Assembly (NCBI RefSeq): GCF_009834535.1
Contig: NC_045698.1
Coordinates: 3,474,001-3,538,000 of the forward strand
Reading direction: 5' to 3'
From: Camelus ferus
Lineage: Eukaryota
DNA length: 64,000 nt
Part shown: positions 1-11,625 of the stretch, in pieces
Position numbering within the stretch: the first letter of the stretch is position 1
Layout: the number at the start of each line of letters is the position of its first letter
Notes under the pieces: generated by a model
Databases searched by the model: none
What the model was told of the DNA's origin: nothing
The model's input: the letters and a program-made list of their open reading frames with translations, nothing else
Position numbers and translations under genes: made by a program

Positions 1-1778
1 TTCATCTGTGGCTTTGTCACAGGCGTGGCCTGGCCTGAAGCGGCCATGACGCAGCCGTTGTCGATACGACGCACGTGTGGTTAAAGCTGTAGGGTCCGTG
101 AGCACAAGAGAGAATTTCTTCTTATGTTTGTCAAGTACAGAGACACAGATGTATCGGAAGGCTCTGGCCACTACTGCCGTCGTGTCTGGTGGGGTGCTGG
201 CTGGAGAATTCCCTTCAGGATGAGCTAACTTTCCAAATTCCTGTGGTGTTTTAATCATCTTCCATTTATATGGCCTTTCTACTATTTTTTTTTCAGGTTA
301 ATCATTTTGTCACATCCCTCATTTATAGCTCTTGCCTAAAAGGGGTAGCCCCTGATAATACTTTTTCCATCGTGGGAAAAGCAGATGCACTTCTAGGATT
401 TGACCTGCTTCCACTTGGTGGTTCTTCGGAAATGGTGATTCTTCTGCTCCCTGTAAGCAGACGAATGGGGCTGGGGGGGCTGTGATGGTTTCACGGAAAG
501 GCTGTCTATCTCACTTTCTTACTCTCTCAACTTACCCATTGCTTTTCTCCAGCTCCTGAAACAGAGCTTTAGGGGGAACAAATCTGAACATAAAATTCTT
601 CTAATGCTCAGTGTACCTGAGCACCAACATGTCACTGTTTTGAAAAGACCTGCTTGTAATCTGTTTTCCACGTTTGGTTGTGATGGAACAAACATTTGGT
701 GAATTCTGCTTTTTTACCATAGAAGAATGTATGTGTCCATGACAGAATTGAATAGTTTCAAATAAATAAGAAACTGCACCCATTATAAACAGGGAGGAGC
801 ACTGATATTAGAGCCAGCCCCTCTGTGTATGGGGGCAGGCGTCACTGCCGTCGGATTCGTGCACTGCTCTTGCATTTCGTTATATCAATAATGTGAGAAG
901 AATTCTATTCCCTTTGTGCATAAGAGGAATCTGAGGATGAGACAGATTTTGTAGCCTGCTCAAAGCCGCCATCTAACAGGGGACAGAGTGCAGACTCCAA
1001 GCCATGTCCGCTGGGTCTGAGAACAAATAAATGGTGAGCTTTCTGCCCGGCACCGGCGTCTCCCCCAGGGAACTTCTTTGTCTCCCTGGAGTCTGCTTGA
1101 CTGGTTGGGCAACACTGGATCTTGTCGGCACAGGAAGTACTTAGACTTACAAAACCTATGCTTTCCTTCACTTTGACACCTGCGTGGGGGCCAAGCATGC
1201 AATCTGCACAAACTCGTTCAGATGGCCATGGTCCCTCCTGAGAAATTTCAGAGGGCTTCTGTGTCCTTTATAGCTCTAGCGGTTACCAGCTCACAGATTT
1301 ATATGATTGAGTGATGAAAGATCATAAAGAGAGAGAGAGACAGAGAGAAAACATAGTTTTCAAGCATTTTTTAAATTCAAAACTAATCAAGAAAGACTAC
1401 AGAGATTTCCACTTGTAAATGGTGGCTGCTCCCTGTAACTCAGCCGAATTCCCTGCACTTTCCTAATGGACATGACAGCACCATTTCTAACGGCAGTTTC
1501 CTTCCAATGTGGTGAAGCCAAAAGTGCAGGAGGAGAATTGGCAGAAAGGCCGCCTCGGGGAGCATCGTGGCCACAGCTGTAACTGGCTGATGGAGAGGAA
1601 TGAACGCCTCACCAGGAAATAACAGAGAACTGGTCCAGGGGCAGGCTCTGTTTTAATTTCTTGTGTGCAGGGAAAAAAATAACTTGTCAGGAATTATCCT
1701 TGTTGATGAAATATACACAGACATACTCATACACACTGATTTCAAAATACTCCTTCCAGAAACTGTTTAACCTGCTGG

Positions 1779-1780
<2 letters not shown>

Positions 1781-1809
<29 letters not shown>
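1781..1809. repeat. poly(T) tract, T29
   Basis: Direct reading. Confidence 0.9.
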
Positions 1810-1812
<3 letters not shown>

Positions 1813-4300
1813 GGACGGAGGTAACCTGAGCATGCATAATTTCCTGGCTTAGGAGTTGTCCTGTAAACAGCAGGTCTGTGATCTGGCCGGGGCCACGGAG
1901 TTCCTGTGTATTGATCCTCTTCTGTGTTTCAAGCTCTTATTTATATTTTAATTATGATAGTTAATCACACTGGAGCGATATCTGACACTTCTGCAGAGCT
2001 TGGCGTGTGGATTCTGAGTGCTCCCCTGGGGACCACGCCCACACGAGGGCTTCGGGGTTCTGACCAGCAACCTGCAGGAGAGGGGGTTCCTGGGGCCCAG
2101 CCTGTCTTATGTGTGAAACAAGGAAATATTATGCGAATTATGTGAAAATGCTAGGGGCACACGAGTCAGCAAACACCAGGGAGTCGCTGGATAACACTGC
2201 GTTGAAGGCCATTGGATGCTCTCCGTCTTCCATTGTCTTTGCGACAAACTTTTTAAGAGTAAACTGTCTTTGAAAAAGTATACAAAAACTCTCAAGGATG
2301 TGAAGGTCTGGCTGAGCCACGACGGCCCCTTTGCTGGGCTCTTCCAGGAGGGGACTGGCTCTGGGAGCAAATGTTTCAGGAGCACAAATGTTTCAGCAAA
2401 AGCACAGGCAGCAAATGTTTCTTGAGCACAGTCATGGGAGAGACAGTGCCGGTGGCCCTCGCCTGCATCGGGGGCTGCTTGGTGGTGGAGAGAACTGGAG
2501 TGAGAAGTCAGCGGGGAGGCTGGATTTGCAGTCGCATCCAGTTAACTGTGCTCGCATGGTTTCAGGTCACTGTTAGGGCCACTCTCGGGACCACGGGCTT
2601 AATCTGTGATGCGGGGCTGTCCTCGTGGCCATCGTTGAGGAGAACAAAGCCGACCTCAAGCCAGTTTGGGGTGGCTTTTCTCTGAGCCTTCATGAGACTG
2701 AATCCTTTCCTCACTGGTCGGCAGAAGGAACAGCCGAGTGCCACGTGGTGGTCTAGAGGAACCGGCTGTGAATCTCAGGAAGGAACCACCCGTGGCCTGG
2801 TTTCTTTTCCTTCTATGTTGTTGCTGTTTGTCTTGCTTTTTTTTGAGGGGGGGTTTGTCCCTCTGGAAGTAACGGCTCTGCCCACGTTCTCTGTGGGGAC
2901 CTGTCCCCTTGAGAGGATGCTGTTGGGACGCCCCCTGGATTCTTACGGACGGATTTTGTCCTAGTGTCTTCAGTGTTCTATTTCTACCAAAAAACAAAGG
3001 TGGTATTTGCCTCCTAGGTTCTTGATGACAACTTACTAAGAAGGCATACTAAGACAGACCATTTTGAATATGCATTGCCACATTATAATGGTCATACAAT
3101 CTGAGCTAACAGTCTGGAAACAGGCTGGGCCATAACTTTTATAATCCCCTCGGGGCTCTGCCCCTGGTGGGAGAGGATATGCAGTCATGTGTGTGACTGA
3201 GGCTGGAATCTGTGAACGGTCAGACTTGGTGTCCATAGTAACGGATGTTTCTAGGAACTGCCTGGAAGCTTCCATGTGTAGCAGAAGTCGCGTCAAACAC
3301 CGAGAGTTGGTAGAGATGACCCCCTCCAGGCCCTTCATTACAAAAGCCGTCATGAGGGCAGATTGATACTGGTGTCTGACGTCCACCTGCTGGAAAACAA
3401 GGGAACTTAGTTATGACAAACGTCATACAAAGTTGACTTGTGTCCTCGCAAGTCGTCCCCTAGATGTAGATACCTGACAGGGTCCTGTCATCCCACCGGG
3501 GTCTGAGCACAGGGCTGGAAAGTGAGGCGCCAGGTGTGGACGGGGTGTACCGGCCTTGGCCTTGAAGACACAGACGCTGGGTGTGTCCAGGGGTCAGGCC
3601 TGTGGATCTCATCAGACAAGCATGTGGTCACCAGCCCCACCCAGACCTGCTGACTCAGAACGCGCGGGGGCATCGGGAGTCGGGGACGTGGGTTTCTCAA
3701 GGGATTCTCATGGACAGAAAGTTTTGAGAATCATGGCTGGATGTGATAGGGTGACAGATTCCATAAACATACCCTCAACCTGTCCGCCTCCTTCAGGGAA
3801 GTGCGTGAGTTCCTGTGCGTCTGCAGCTGGGAAACCGCAGCTGAGACTCTCACGGCCCTCCCTTGTGGGTTGCCTGGTCCAGGGCAGCAGGGAGGAGACA
3901 GAGGAGAACTGACTTCCAATCTCCATCACCTCTAGCGCCGGCATCAGTGACAATGGTGAAATGAAACCGGGCAGGCGCCCGGTACTGAGTTTGCAATGTC
4001 CCCCAGGACCCCGGCGAAGGCAGCTCCACGCACGCTGTGGTCCTGGCTCCCCGCTGCCTGCCCGCTCTCAGCTTCACCGCTGGCCTCTGTGTTCCTTGGC
4101 GAGGAATCTGACCCTTTAGAGGGCCCTGGAGTCCGGGCTGTGATGCTTGTTAGCTGGCTGTTTCCAAGGGCGCGTGTCTGAGCGACTTCACCGCACTGTG
4201 CGCCCGGGAAGCCTCAGGGTGTGGGGGGATCGGCCAGCTGGGAGCCCAGCCCTGGCGGCCGCCCTCATTCAGGCCCCACTTCTGGAATCTCAGGGTTGTG

Positions 4301-4599
4301 TTTTGTTTTTTAATTGAAATATTGCCGATTTACAATGTTGTGTTGGTGATTCAGTTATACGTATAAACATATATATTCTTTTTCATTATAGATTATTACA
4401 AGGTATGGAATGTAGCTCCCTGTGCTGTGCAGTAGGACTCTGTTGTGTATCTATTTTATATACAGTAGTGTGTGTCTGCAAATCCCAAACTCCCAATTTA
4501 TCCCTCCCCCACTTCCCTCCTGGCCACCACAAGTTTATTTTTTATGTCTGTGAGTCTGTTTCTGTTTTGTAAGTAAGTTCATTCGTGCCATTCTTTTAG
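4301..4599 (-). mobile_element. Truncated L1 3' end (artiodactyl/camelid-type 3'UTR)
   Basis: T-rich tail on the left, then ttaattgaa..tttacaatgttgtg..ccctgtgctgtgcagtagga..aatcccaaactcccaatttatccctcc. This is the reverse complement of the elements at 36032-36435 and 55580-56018. Confidence 0.85.
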
Positions 4600-4604
4600 C
4601 TAGC

Positions 4605-5045
4605 AGGTTTGTTTTATTTGGTAATGCTTTCCTGAGGTATAATTTGCATAACAGAACCTCACTGCTTAAAGTGCACGATTCGGTGATATTTTGGTAGAAG
4701 CACAGAGTTGGGCAACAATTGCCACAGTCCAGTTCTCCGGTTCCCGTCGCCCCGGCAGTCGGTCCCCACCCCACCCCACCCCAGCCCAGCAGCCAGGACT
4801 CCGCTGCCTGCGTCTGCAGCTTGCCGGCCTCTGGACACGCCACAGAAATGGAGTCAATGCGGTGCAGACGGCGTGGGGTCTTGTGCTCCGGCCTCGTCCG
4901 CTCCGCGTGCTGTGTCTGGATTCACGCGTGTTCATGAGCCCTGCACCCCTTTCACTGCTGGGGGTGTTCCGCTGTAAGGACGCGCCGCTGTTTATCTGTT
5001 CCCTAGTTGATGGACATTGGGCTGTTAGCACCCCTGTTTCTTTAT
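4605..5045 (-). mobile_element. Old L1 (L1MB-like) 3' end, strongly GC-shifted
   Basis: gaggtataatttgcataac..ttaaagtgcacgattc..cagagttgggcaacaat..gttgatggacattgggctgtt resembles antisense L1MB 3'UTR (recalled consensus). Confidence 0.7.
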
Positions 5046-6535
5046 CTGCAAAAGTGTAGCTGCTGACCCCCGCCTTGCAGCTCTGCTCAGAGATGACCGA
5101 TGGTTAGACGATATCCAGTTCCTGGGACAGAGGCAGGGCAGGATGGGCAAGCGGTAAGTGAATGCCATCGATATTAATACGATTGACATCTGTTCATCTA
5201 TTTCTATACCATGTGGCTGCCCTGGAACCCGGCGCTTAAAGGGCACCATTGTGAGAGACTAGATATCACCACCAAGACCAGAGGGGAGCAGAGGCGTCCC
5301 CAGCAACACAGTTAAACAGAAAAACAGCTGATTCATGAGCTAAGTGTCAGCTCGATGAGCTCATAACAGAGTTCGCCTGGAGCCAGCAGCCTGCCCTGCC
5401 GGAGGGAAGGGTGCCACGGGTTCCCCGCTGGGATGGATCGAGTGTGTGTGGATGATTTCAGCAACGGCTTGTAGGTCCAGGTGACAACACGCAGGGGACC
5501 CGTGGCTTCTGATGAGAAACATGTGTGCCCGCCCGCCTGGCGACTGTGGCCCACTCCTCTGCCCTGACCACCACCCGGCCATGGCTGTCCCTGTGCTGGC
5601 TCTGCTGTGACTCTCCCGAGCCACCCTCGGTCTTTTGGGCTTTGTTTCCCACGCTGCACAAAGTCCCGCAGACACTTCACCTCCTCTGCCTGCAGCTTTC
5701 CATGCGCCGCCCTCATTCTTCAAAAATATCTCCTGAGATCTTAACATCATCAAAATACTTTTTTTTTTGCCACCTTTGAAGTGTGTACATTTAATCTGCA
5801 CAGTCAGCCAAGGAAATAGCTGTAGATTTTTCATGTTTGCAAAGACATGTCTTGGGACACATGCGCACACGCACACGCACACGCATGTGCACACGTAGGC
5901 ACACACACCCTGACGAGGGGCAGCATCAGACCTGCAACCAGGGCTGGGGCCTCAGGAGCCACCACTGGCCACTGCATCCCTGCGGTACGTGGCATGGGGT
6001 GAGCGTCTGCTCCACCACCAAGAGCAGCAAGATGGTGAGCAAGTCCGCGCCCCTCACCCTGTGGCTCCAACCTGAACAGTGAGAGAGAGCCAGGCCAGTG
6101 GAGCCAGCGGACGCGCGTGCAGGACGCAGGATGAGAGGGCACCGAGGCTCTGAAGCCAAAGGCAGCCTGAGTGCTCCGGGAACCAAGGGGTACCTGGTGG
6201 CGCAGACGTGTCCTGAGCCCCATGGGAGGTGGCGGCAGGAGCAGAGCCTGGACGGAAATCAACACAGGCCGGAGCGTGAGGCTCCTGGGACTGGATTCTC
6301 TAATCCAGGGATGCGACCGTGAGGTTGCACATGGTTAGTGATCTGGTTTAGCTTTTTTTTTTCCCTCCAACAAAGGAGAGAAAACACTGGAAGGAGGGCA
6401 AGCATGGAAGTGGTGGATGGTAAACATAGCCTCAAGGAGAGAAGGGGGAGGTGGGAACAAAGATGAGCCCAGGAGCTTCACGTGTCCCCTCCCTCTGATG
6501 GGCTGGAAGAGATTTCCAAGGGTCCGTCCAGTTGG

Positions 6536-6620
6536 TTTTTTTGATGGAGGTACTGAGGACTGAACCCAGGACTTCATGCGTGCTAAGCATGTGCTCTACC
6601 ACTGAGCTACACCCTCCCCC
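6536..6620 (-). mobile_element. tRNA-Ala-derived short SINE (vic-1-like, camelid)
   Basis: Reverse complement is GGGGGAGGGTGTAGCTCAGTGGTAGAGCACATGCTTAGCACGCATGAAGTCCTGGGTTCAGTCCTCAGTACCTCCATC plus A-tail. It has Pol III A/B boxes and an AGC anticodon loop, and gtccagtt flanks it on both sides. Confidence 0.8.
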
Positions 6621-6744
6621 AGTTTGTCCAGTTTGAACAAGTCCCTGATGAATTATTAATATTATTAGTTGGTAAATATATCACCTATAGCTGTTTTGCA
6701 AAGAACATAACATTGGCTGATGCCTCGTAGGGACATGGGGCCAC

Positions 6745-6885
6745 TGCAGTGGCTGCTTCCTCTGCCTGGCCCACAGCCTTCCCTCCGGCATCCTCACAGC
6801 CAGCTCCTCCTCCATTCAGGGCTCTGCTGAAATGCCACCTTCTCAACGAGGCCTACGACCCCTATCTAAAACTGAAACCCCTTTT
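6745..6885 (+). mobile_element. L2 fragment (left part, interrupted by L1)
   Basis: gctgcttcctctgcctgg..tccattcagggctctgctgaaatgccaccttctc..gaggcct is typical L2 3' region. Confidence 0.6.
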
Positions 6886-6920
6886 CTGCATTCCTGGTGT
6901 TCTGCTTAATTCTGAGTTAC

Positions 6921-8645
6921 TTTTTTAAATAGAATTTATTTTTAGAGCATTTATAGCAAAACATGGCAAAACTGAGTACAGTTGCCATATGGCCCTGCCC
7001 CCACACGTGCCATGCACAGCTTCCTTCATTCTCAACATCCCCCACTAGACGGTACTCATCTCACAGTCGACGAACCTGTACTGACACATCGTAATCACCC
7101 AAAGTCCATAGTTTCCACTAGTGGTTCACTCTTGGTGGTGTTCATTCTGTGGATTTGGACAGATGTGCAATGACCTGTATCCACCATTTATAGCATCACA
7201 TGAAATAGTTTCACTGCCTTAAAAATCCTCCGCGCTCTGCCCGTTCACACCCTCTGCCCCTGCTAACCCCTGATAACCACAGTTCGTGGTGTAGCTGGCA
7301 TCACACAGCACGTAGCCTTTTCAGGTTGGCTTCTTCCACTTAGTAATACGCACGTACGCTTCCTCCCTGTCTTTCCATGGCTGGATAGTTCATTTCTTTT
7401 TAGTGCTGAATAATGTTCCATTGCCTGGAGGCACCGCAGTTTATCCATTGACCTGCTGAAGGACAGTCACGGTTGCTTCCAAGTTTTAGCAATCATGAAG
7501 CTGCTATAAACATCCTTGTGCAGGTTTTGGTTTGGATATAAAGTTTTCAAGCTCTTCTGGATTAAATACCAAAGAGGGCAATTGGTGGATTTTAGAGTTT
7601 GCTTAGTTTTGTAATAAGCCTCCAAACTGTCTTCCAAACTGTTTGCACCATTCTGGATCCCCCCCAGCAGTGAGTGAAAATTCATGTTGCCCCACATCTT
7701 CACCAGCACTTGGTGGTGTTGGTTTGGTTAGTCTAACAGGGTTGTGGTGGTAGCTCATTGTTTTAGTTTGCGCTTCCCTGATGACATACGATGTGGAACA
7801 CCTTTCACACAATTATGTACCATCTGGATGTCTTCTCTGAGGGGTGCGCACCTGTTCATGTCTTTGGCTTATTTTTCAATTGAGTTATTTTCTTATTGTT
7901 GAGTGTTAAGAGTTCTTTGAGTATTCTGGATAACAGTATTTGATCAGATGTGTCTTTTGCGAATTTTTTTTTCTCAGTTTGTGGCTTGTCTTCCCATTCT
8001 CTTGACAGTATATTTCACAGAGCAGAAATTTAAAATTTCAGGGAAGTCCAGCTTATCAATTCCTTCCTTCATGGATTGTGCTTTTGGTATTGTGTCTAAA
8101 AAGTCACTGCCAAACCCAAGGCCATCTAGAGCTTCTCCTTTTGTTATCTTCTAGGAGTTTATGGTTTTGCATTTTACGTTTAGTCCTATGATTCATTTTG
8201 AGTTAATTTATATGAAAGGTGTAATGTCTGAGTCTAGTTTCATTTTTTCACGTGCGGACTTCCAGTTGTTCCAGCATGGTTAGTTGGGAAGATTGTCTTG
8301 CTCCGTCGTATTGCCTTTGCTCCTTTGTCGCAGGTGAGTTGACTATATTTGTGTGCGTCTGTTTCTGGACCCACTATTCTGTTCCACTGGTCTGTTTGCC
8401 TGTTCCTTCTCCAGTGGCATACTGTCTTGGTTACTGTAGATTCATAGTAAGTCATGAAGTTTGCTAATGTCATTCCTAAGACTTTCTTCTTCTCTTTCAA
8501 CATTGAATTACCTATTCTGGGTCATTTACATCCCCATATAAACTTTGTAATCAATTTGGTGACATCCACAAAATAATTTGCTGGAATTTTGATTGAGATT
8601 GCATTGAATCTGTTGATCACGTTGGGAAGAACTGACACATTGAAT
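6921..8645 (-). mobile_element. L1MC1-like LINE, 3'UTR plus ORF2 C-terminal part
   Basis: Diagnostic antisense 3'UTR (gacgaacctgtactgacacatcgtaatcacccaaagtccatagttt). Degenerate ORF2 peptides in ORFs 7467..7709 and 8240..8503 (YYESTVTKTV..DQWNRI). Confidence 0.88.
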
Positions 8646-8669
8646 TTTAACTTCTTATGATTTACATTT

Positions 8670-8838
8670 TATTATGCATATTGTTTATTCTCTGTCCCCC
8701 TAACCCTATGATGGAATTTAAGCTTCACAAGGGAAGATGTATGTGTCTGTTTTGTTCATTGCTGTATCTGGATTGACAAGAAGAGTGCCCAGCCCATAAT
8801 TAATGAATATTCTTTGAATGAATGAATGAATGAATGAA
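8670..8838 (+). mobile_element. L2 3' terminus with (TGAA)n tail
   Basis: taagcttcacaagggaag..tgtctgttttgttcattgctgtatc..gaatgaatgaatgaatgaatgaa. Confidence 0.75.
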
Positions 8839-9317
8839 CAACATACTACACATTTCTTGGATGTGAGGGACTCAATTTCCTCCAGTAAGGGATTAAATTC
8901 TTGTCTAAATGTTACACAACTCTGTAAAGAAATCCATTAGAGTGTTTAATCCATGCCGTTTTGATCATGTTAAGCAGCAACAGTATATTCAATGCCTTGA
9001 CTAGATGACTGTTTGCTTAAGTTTTTGTCTTTGTGTCTTGAAAATGTACAGAGAGATACAGGATCTGAGAATTTAAGTTTGGGCTATTCTTAGTACAGAT
9101 ATTTTGGTGACGAAGGCAGTCTTACTAAGCAATCAGTCTAGGACATCAGGTTCTGAATATTTTAGCTGTCACAATTTGATAAAGATGCTAATGGATGTGA
9201 TTTATAAGAATGTTCCTAACTGTGTGATATATACTATTTATTATGGACAAATATCATCATAAACTCTCATGAATTTAGCATACTAGTCTTAAGAAGTAAG
9301 CTCCCGAAGATTTGTTC

Positions 9318-9552
9318 CAGAGCAATACAATTTTTTTGACACAGTGGAAATATCTGTACTGTCCAATATGGGAGCAACTAACCACATGTGGCTATTGAGC
9401 AACTGAAAGACTAAATTTTTAACTTTATTTGAATTTAATTTATTTAAACTTGAGTTTGGATACTCGTATGTGACTGTGGAGCAATTGGAGAGCTGAATTT
9501 TTAATTGCCTTCAATTTTAATTAAAATCAGTGGCCACTGTATTGAACAGCAT
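9318..9552. mobile_element. MER3-like hAT-Charlie DNA transposon remnant
   Basis: ctgtactgtccaatatgg..accacatgtggctattgagca..AT-rich core..gtggccactgtattgaacagca. Confidence 0.65.
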
Positions 9553-10064
9553 TTGCCTAGAAGGTTTCCTCTAACAGAGGTTTAAATCCTTGTACTAGAT
9601 TGGCCTGAAAGATGTCATAAAATTGAAAAGCTAAAAAAAAAAACCCCACAAAATTTACTAATGAAAAATAATACACACTGAAGTGACATTTAATCTCCAA
9701 GAGAAGTTTGATCTCCCTTTCTAAATAACTGCCATGTCCCACTAGGTTTTCTGTGTTCTGGACTGTTTTTCATATTCATTGCTTTCTCATGAAGTATGTC
9801 TGTTCTGGTCCAAAAAAACAGATCTTGGACTTACTAGACATTTTTCAGTTTAATAAGCACATTCTTTTTCTATTTACTGATTCATTTATTCTGAATTTTT
9901 AAATAACTTCTTTCTGGTTTCTACGTGGTCATTCATTGCATTTAAGAAAAAAAAAACTTTTGAGTTAATACTTGGTTGCTTTATTTTCTTTATTTTTTTA
10001 AGGAAAGCATTCAGGACTTCAAATTTCTCCAAGTGCATCGTGAGCACATCTCACCATTTTTAAA

Positions 10065-11338
10065 GAGCCAGCTTTTGGTTTCTCCAGGTTTTCCTCTACT
10101 GATTTCCTGTTTTCTGTTAACTTGATTTATGCTCTAATTCTTATTATTTCTTTTCTTCTGCTTATATTATATTTAATTCAATCTTCTTTTTTTAGTTTCC
10201 TACGTTGGAAACGTACCTTACTGATTTTAGATCTTTCTTCTTTTCTAGTATCTGCCTTAGATATTATAGATTACCCTCTTTGCACTTCATTGCAAATTTG
10301 GATAAGTTGCGTTCTCATTTTAATTTATGCCAAAATATATTTTAAAATTTCTTTTGAATTTCTTTGACCACGTGTTATTCAGAAATGTGTGGTCTAATCT
10401 CCACTTATTTGGGGATTTTCCAGTTATCTTTTTGTTATTGATTTTGAATATAGTTCTCTTGTGTTCTGAGAGCTATTCTTTTAAATTTGTCAAAGTGTGT
10501 TTTATGGCCCAGAATGTGGTCTATCTGGATGAATGCTCTGTGCGAGCTTGAGAAATATGTTCCACTATTGCTGGATGAAGTGGTCTGGAAGTCAGTTATG
10601 TCCAGCTGACTGATGGCATTGTTGAGTTTAACTGTGTCCTTAATGATTTTCTGCCTGCTGAATGTGTCCATTTCTGCGAGAGGAGTGATGAAGTCTCCAA
10701 CTATGATCATGGATTCACCTATTCCTCCTCTCAGATCAGTTTTTGCTTCATGTAGTTTGGCACTCTGTTCTTAGGTACATACGTGTTAAGAATTGCTGTG
10801 TCCCCTTAAAGAGCTGACTCTTTTATTTATTTATTATCTAATGGCCTCTTAATTCCTAATAGCTTTCCTTACTTTGACATCTGCTCTGTCTGAAACTAAT
10901 ATAGCTACTCTTGCTTTCTTTTGATTGTGTTATCATGGTATATTTTTGCATCCATTTACTTTTAATTTATATGTGTCTTTATATTTAAAGTGAGTTTCTT
11001 GTAGACAGCATATATTTGGGTCATGTTTCCTGACCCGTGACAATCTCTGTCTCATAACTGGTGCGTTTAGACCATTAACATTCCAAGTTAATGTGGTTGA
11101 AGTAATAGCTACTGTACGTGTTAATGTTTTTCTTGTTGCCCATGTTCATTATTCTTGTTTTTTTTTTCTTCTACTCTTTTTCTGCCTTTTGTGGTCTTAA
11201 TTTAACATTTTATATTATTCTATTTTCTGTCCTTTAGCGTATCAGTTATAGTTTTGTTTTCACTCTTTTTAAAAACTATTTTTAGCCCTAGAGTTTCAGT
11301 ATACATTTACAACTAACTCAGGTTCACTCTCAATGACC
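10065..11338 (-). mobile_element. Old L1 ORF2 endonuclease-region fragment
   Basis: ORF 10435..10710 (-) reads IIVGDFITPLAEMD..SRQKI..IDHILGHK, the L1 APE-like endonuclease motifs. Confidence 0.88.
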
Positions 11339-11409
11339 ACCATCATTGGTGTCATTCTTCAGGGGTACATGCCAATCATAGCTGTAAAAAAGCAACATGG
11401 TGGGCAGCA

Positions 11410-11625
11410 AGGGTGTGTATATCGGAGCAATTCAGACTGAATTTTAACCTTAGCTACTCCACTTCCTAGCTCTACAATGGTGGGCAAATTTTTGCATTCA
11501 GTGTCCCATTCCTTTAAGTGAGAATATTAATTCTCATTTCATATGTCCTTTACTAGGATAAGAATAATAGAGCAAAACACGCAGCCACATGGCTGGTACC
11601 CGAGACAAAGTAATTATAAAAGTTC
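11410..11625 (+). mobile_element. MIR remnant
   Basis: cagactgaatttt..ctccacttcctagct..gggcaaatt..core-like segment. Confidence 0.5.

Noticed and set aside
6545..6620. Possible functional tRNA-Ala gene
   Set aside because: Extra 5' bases, stem mismatches, a degenerate B box (GGTTCAGTCC), an A-tail and a flanking repeat indicate a retroposed SINE.
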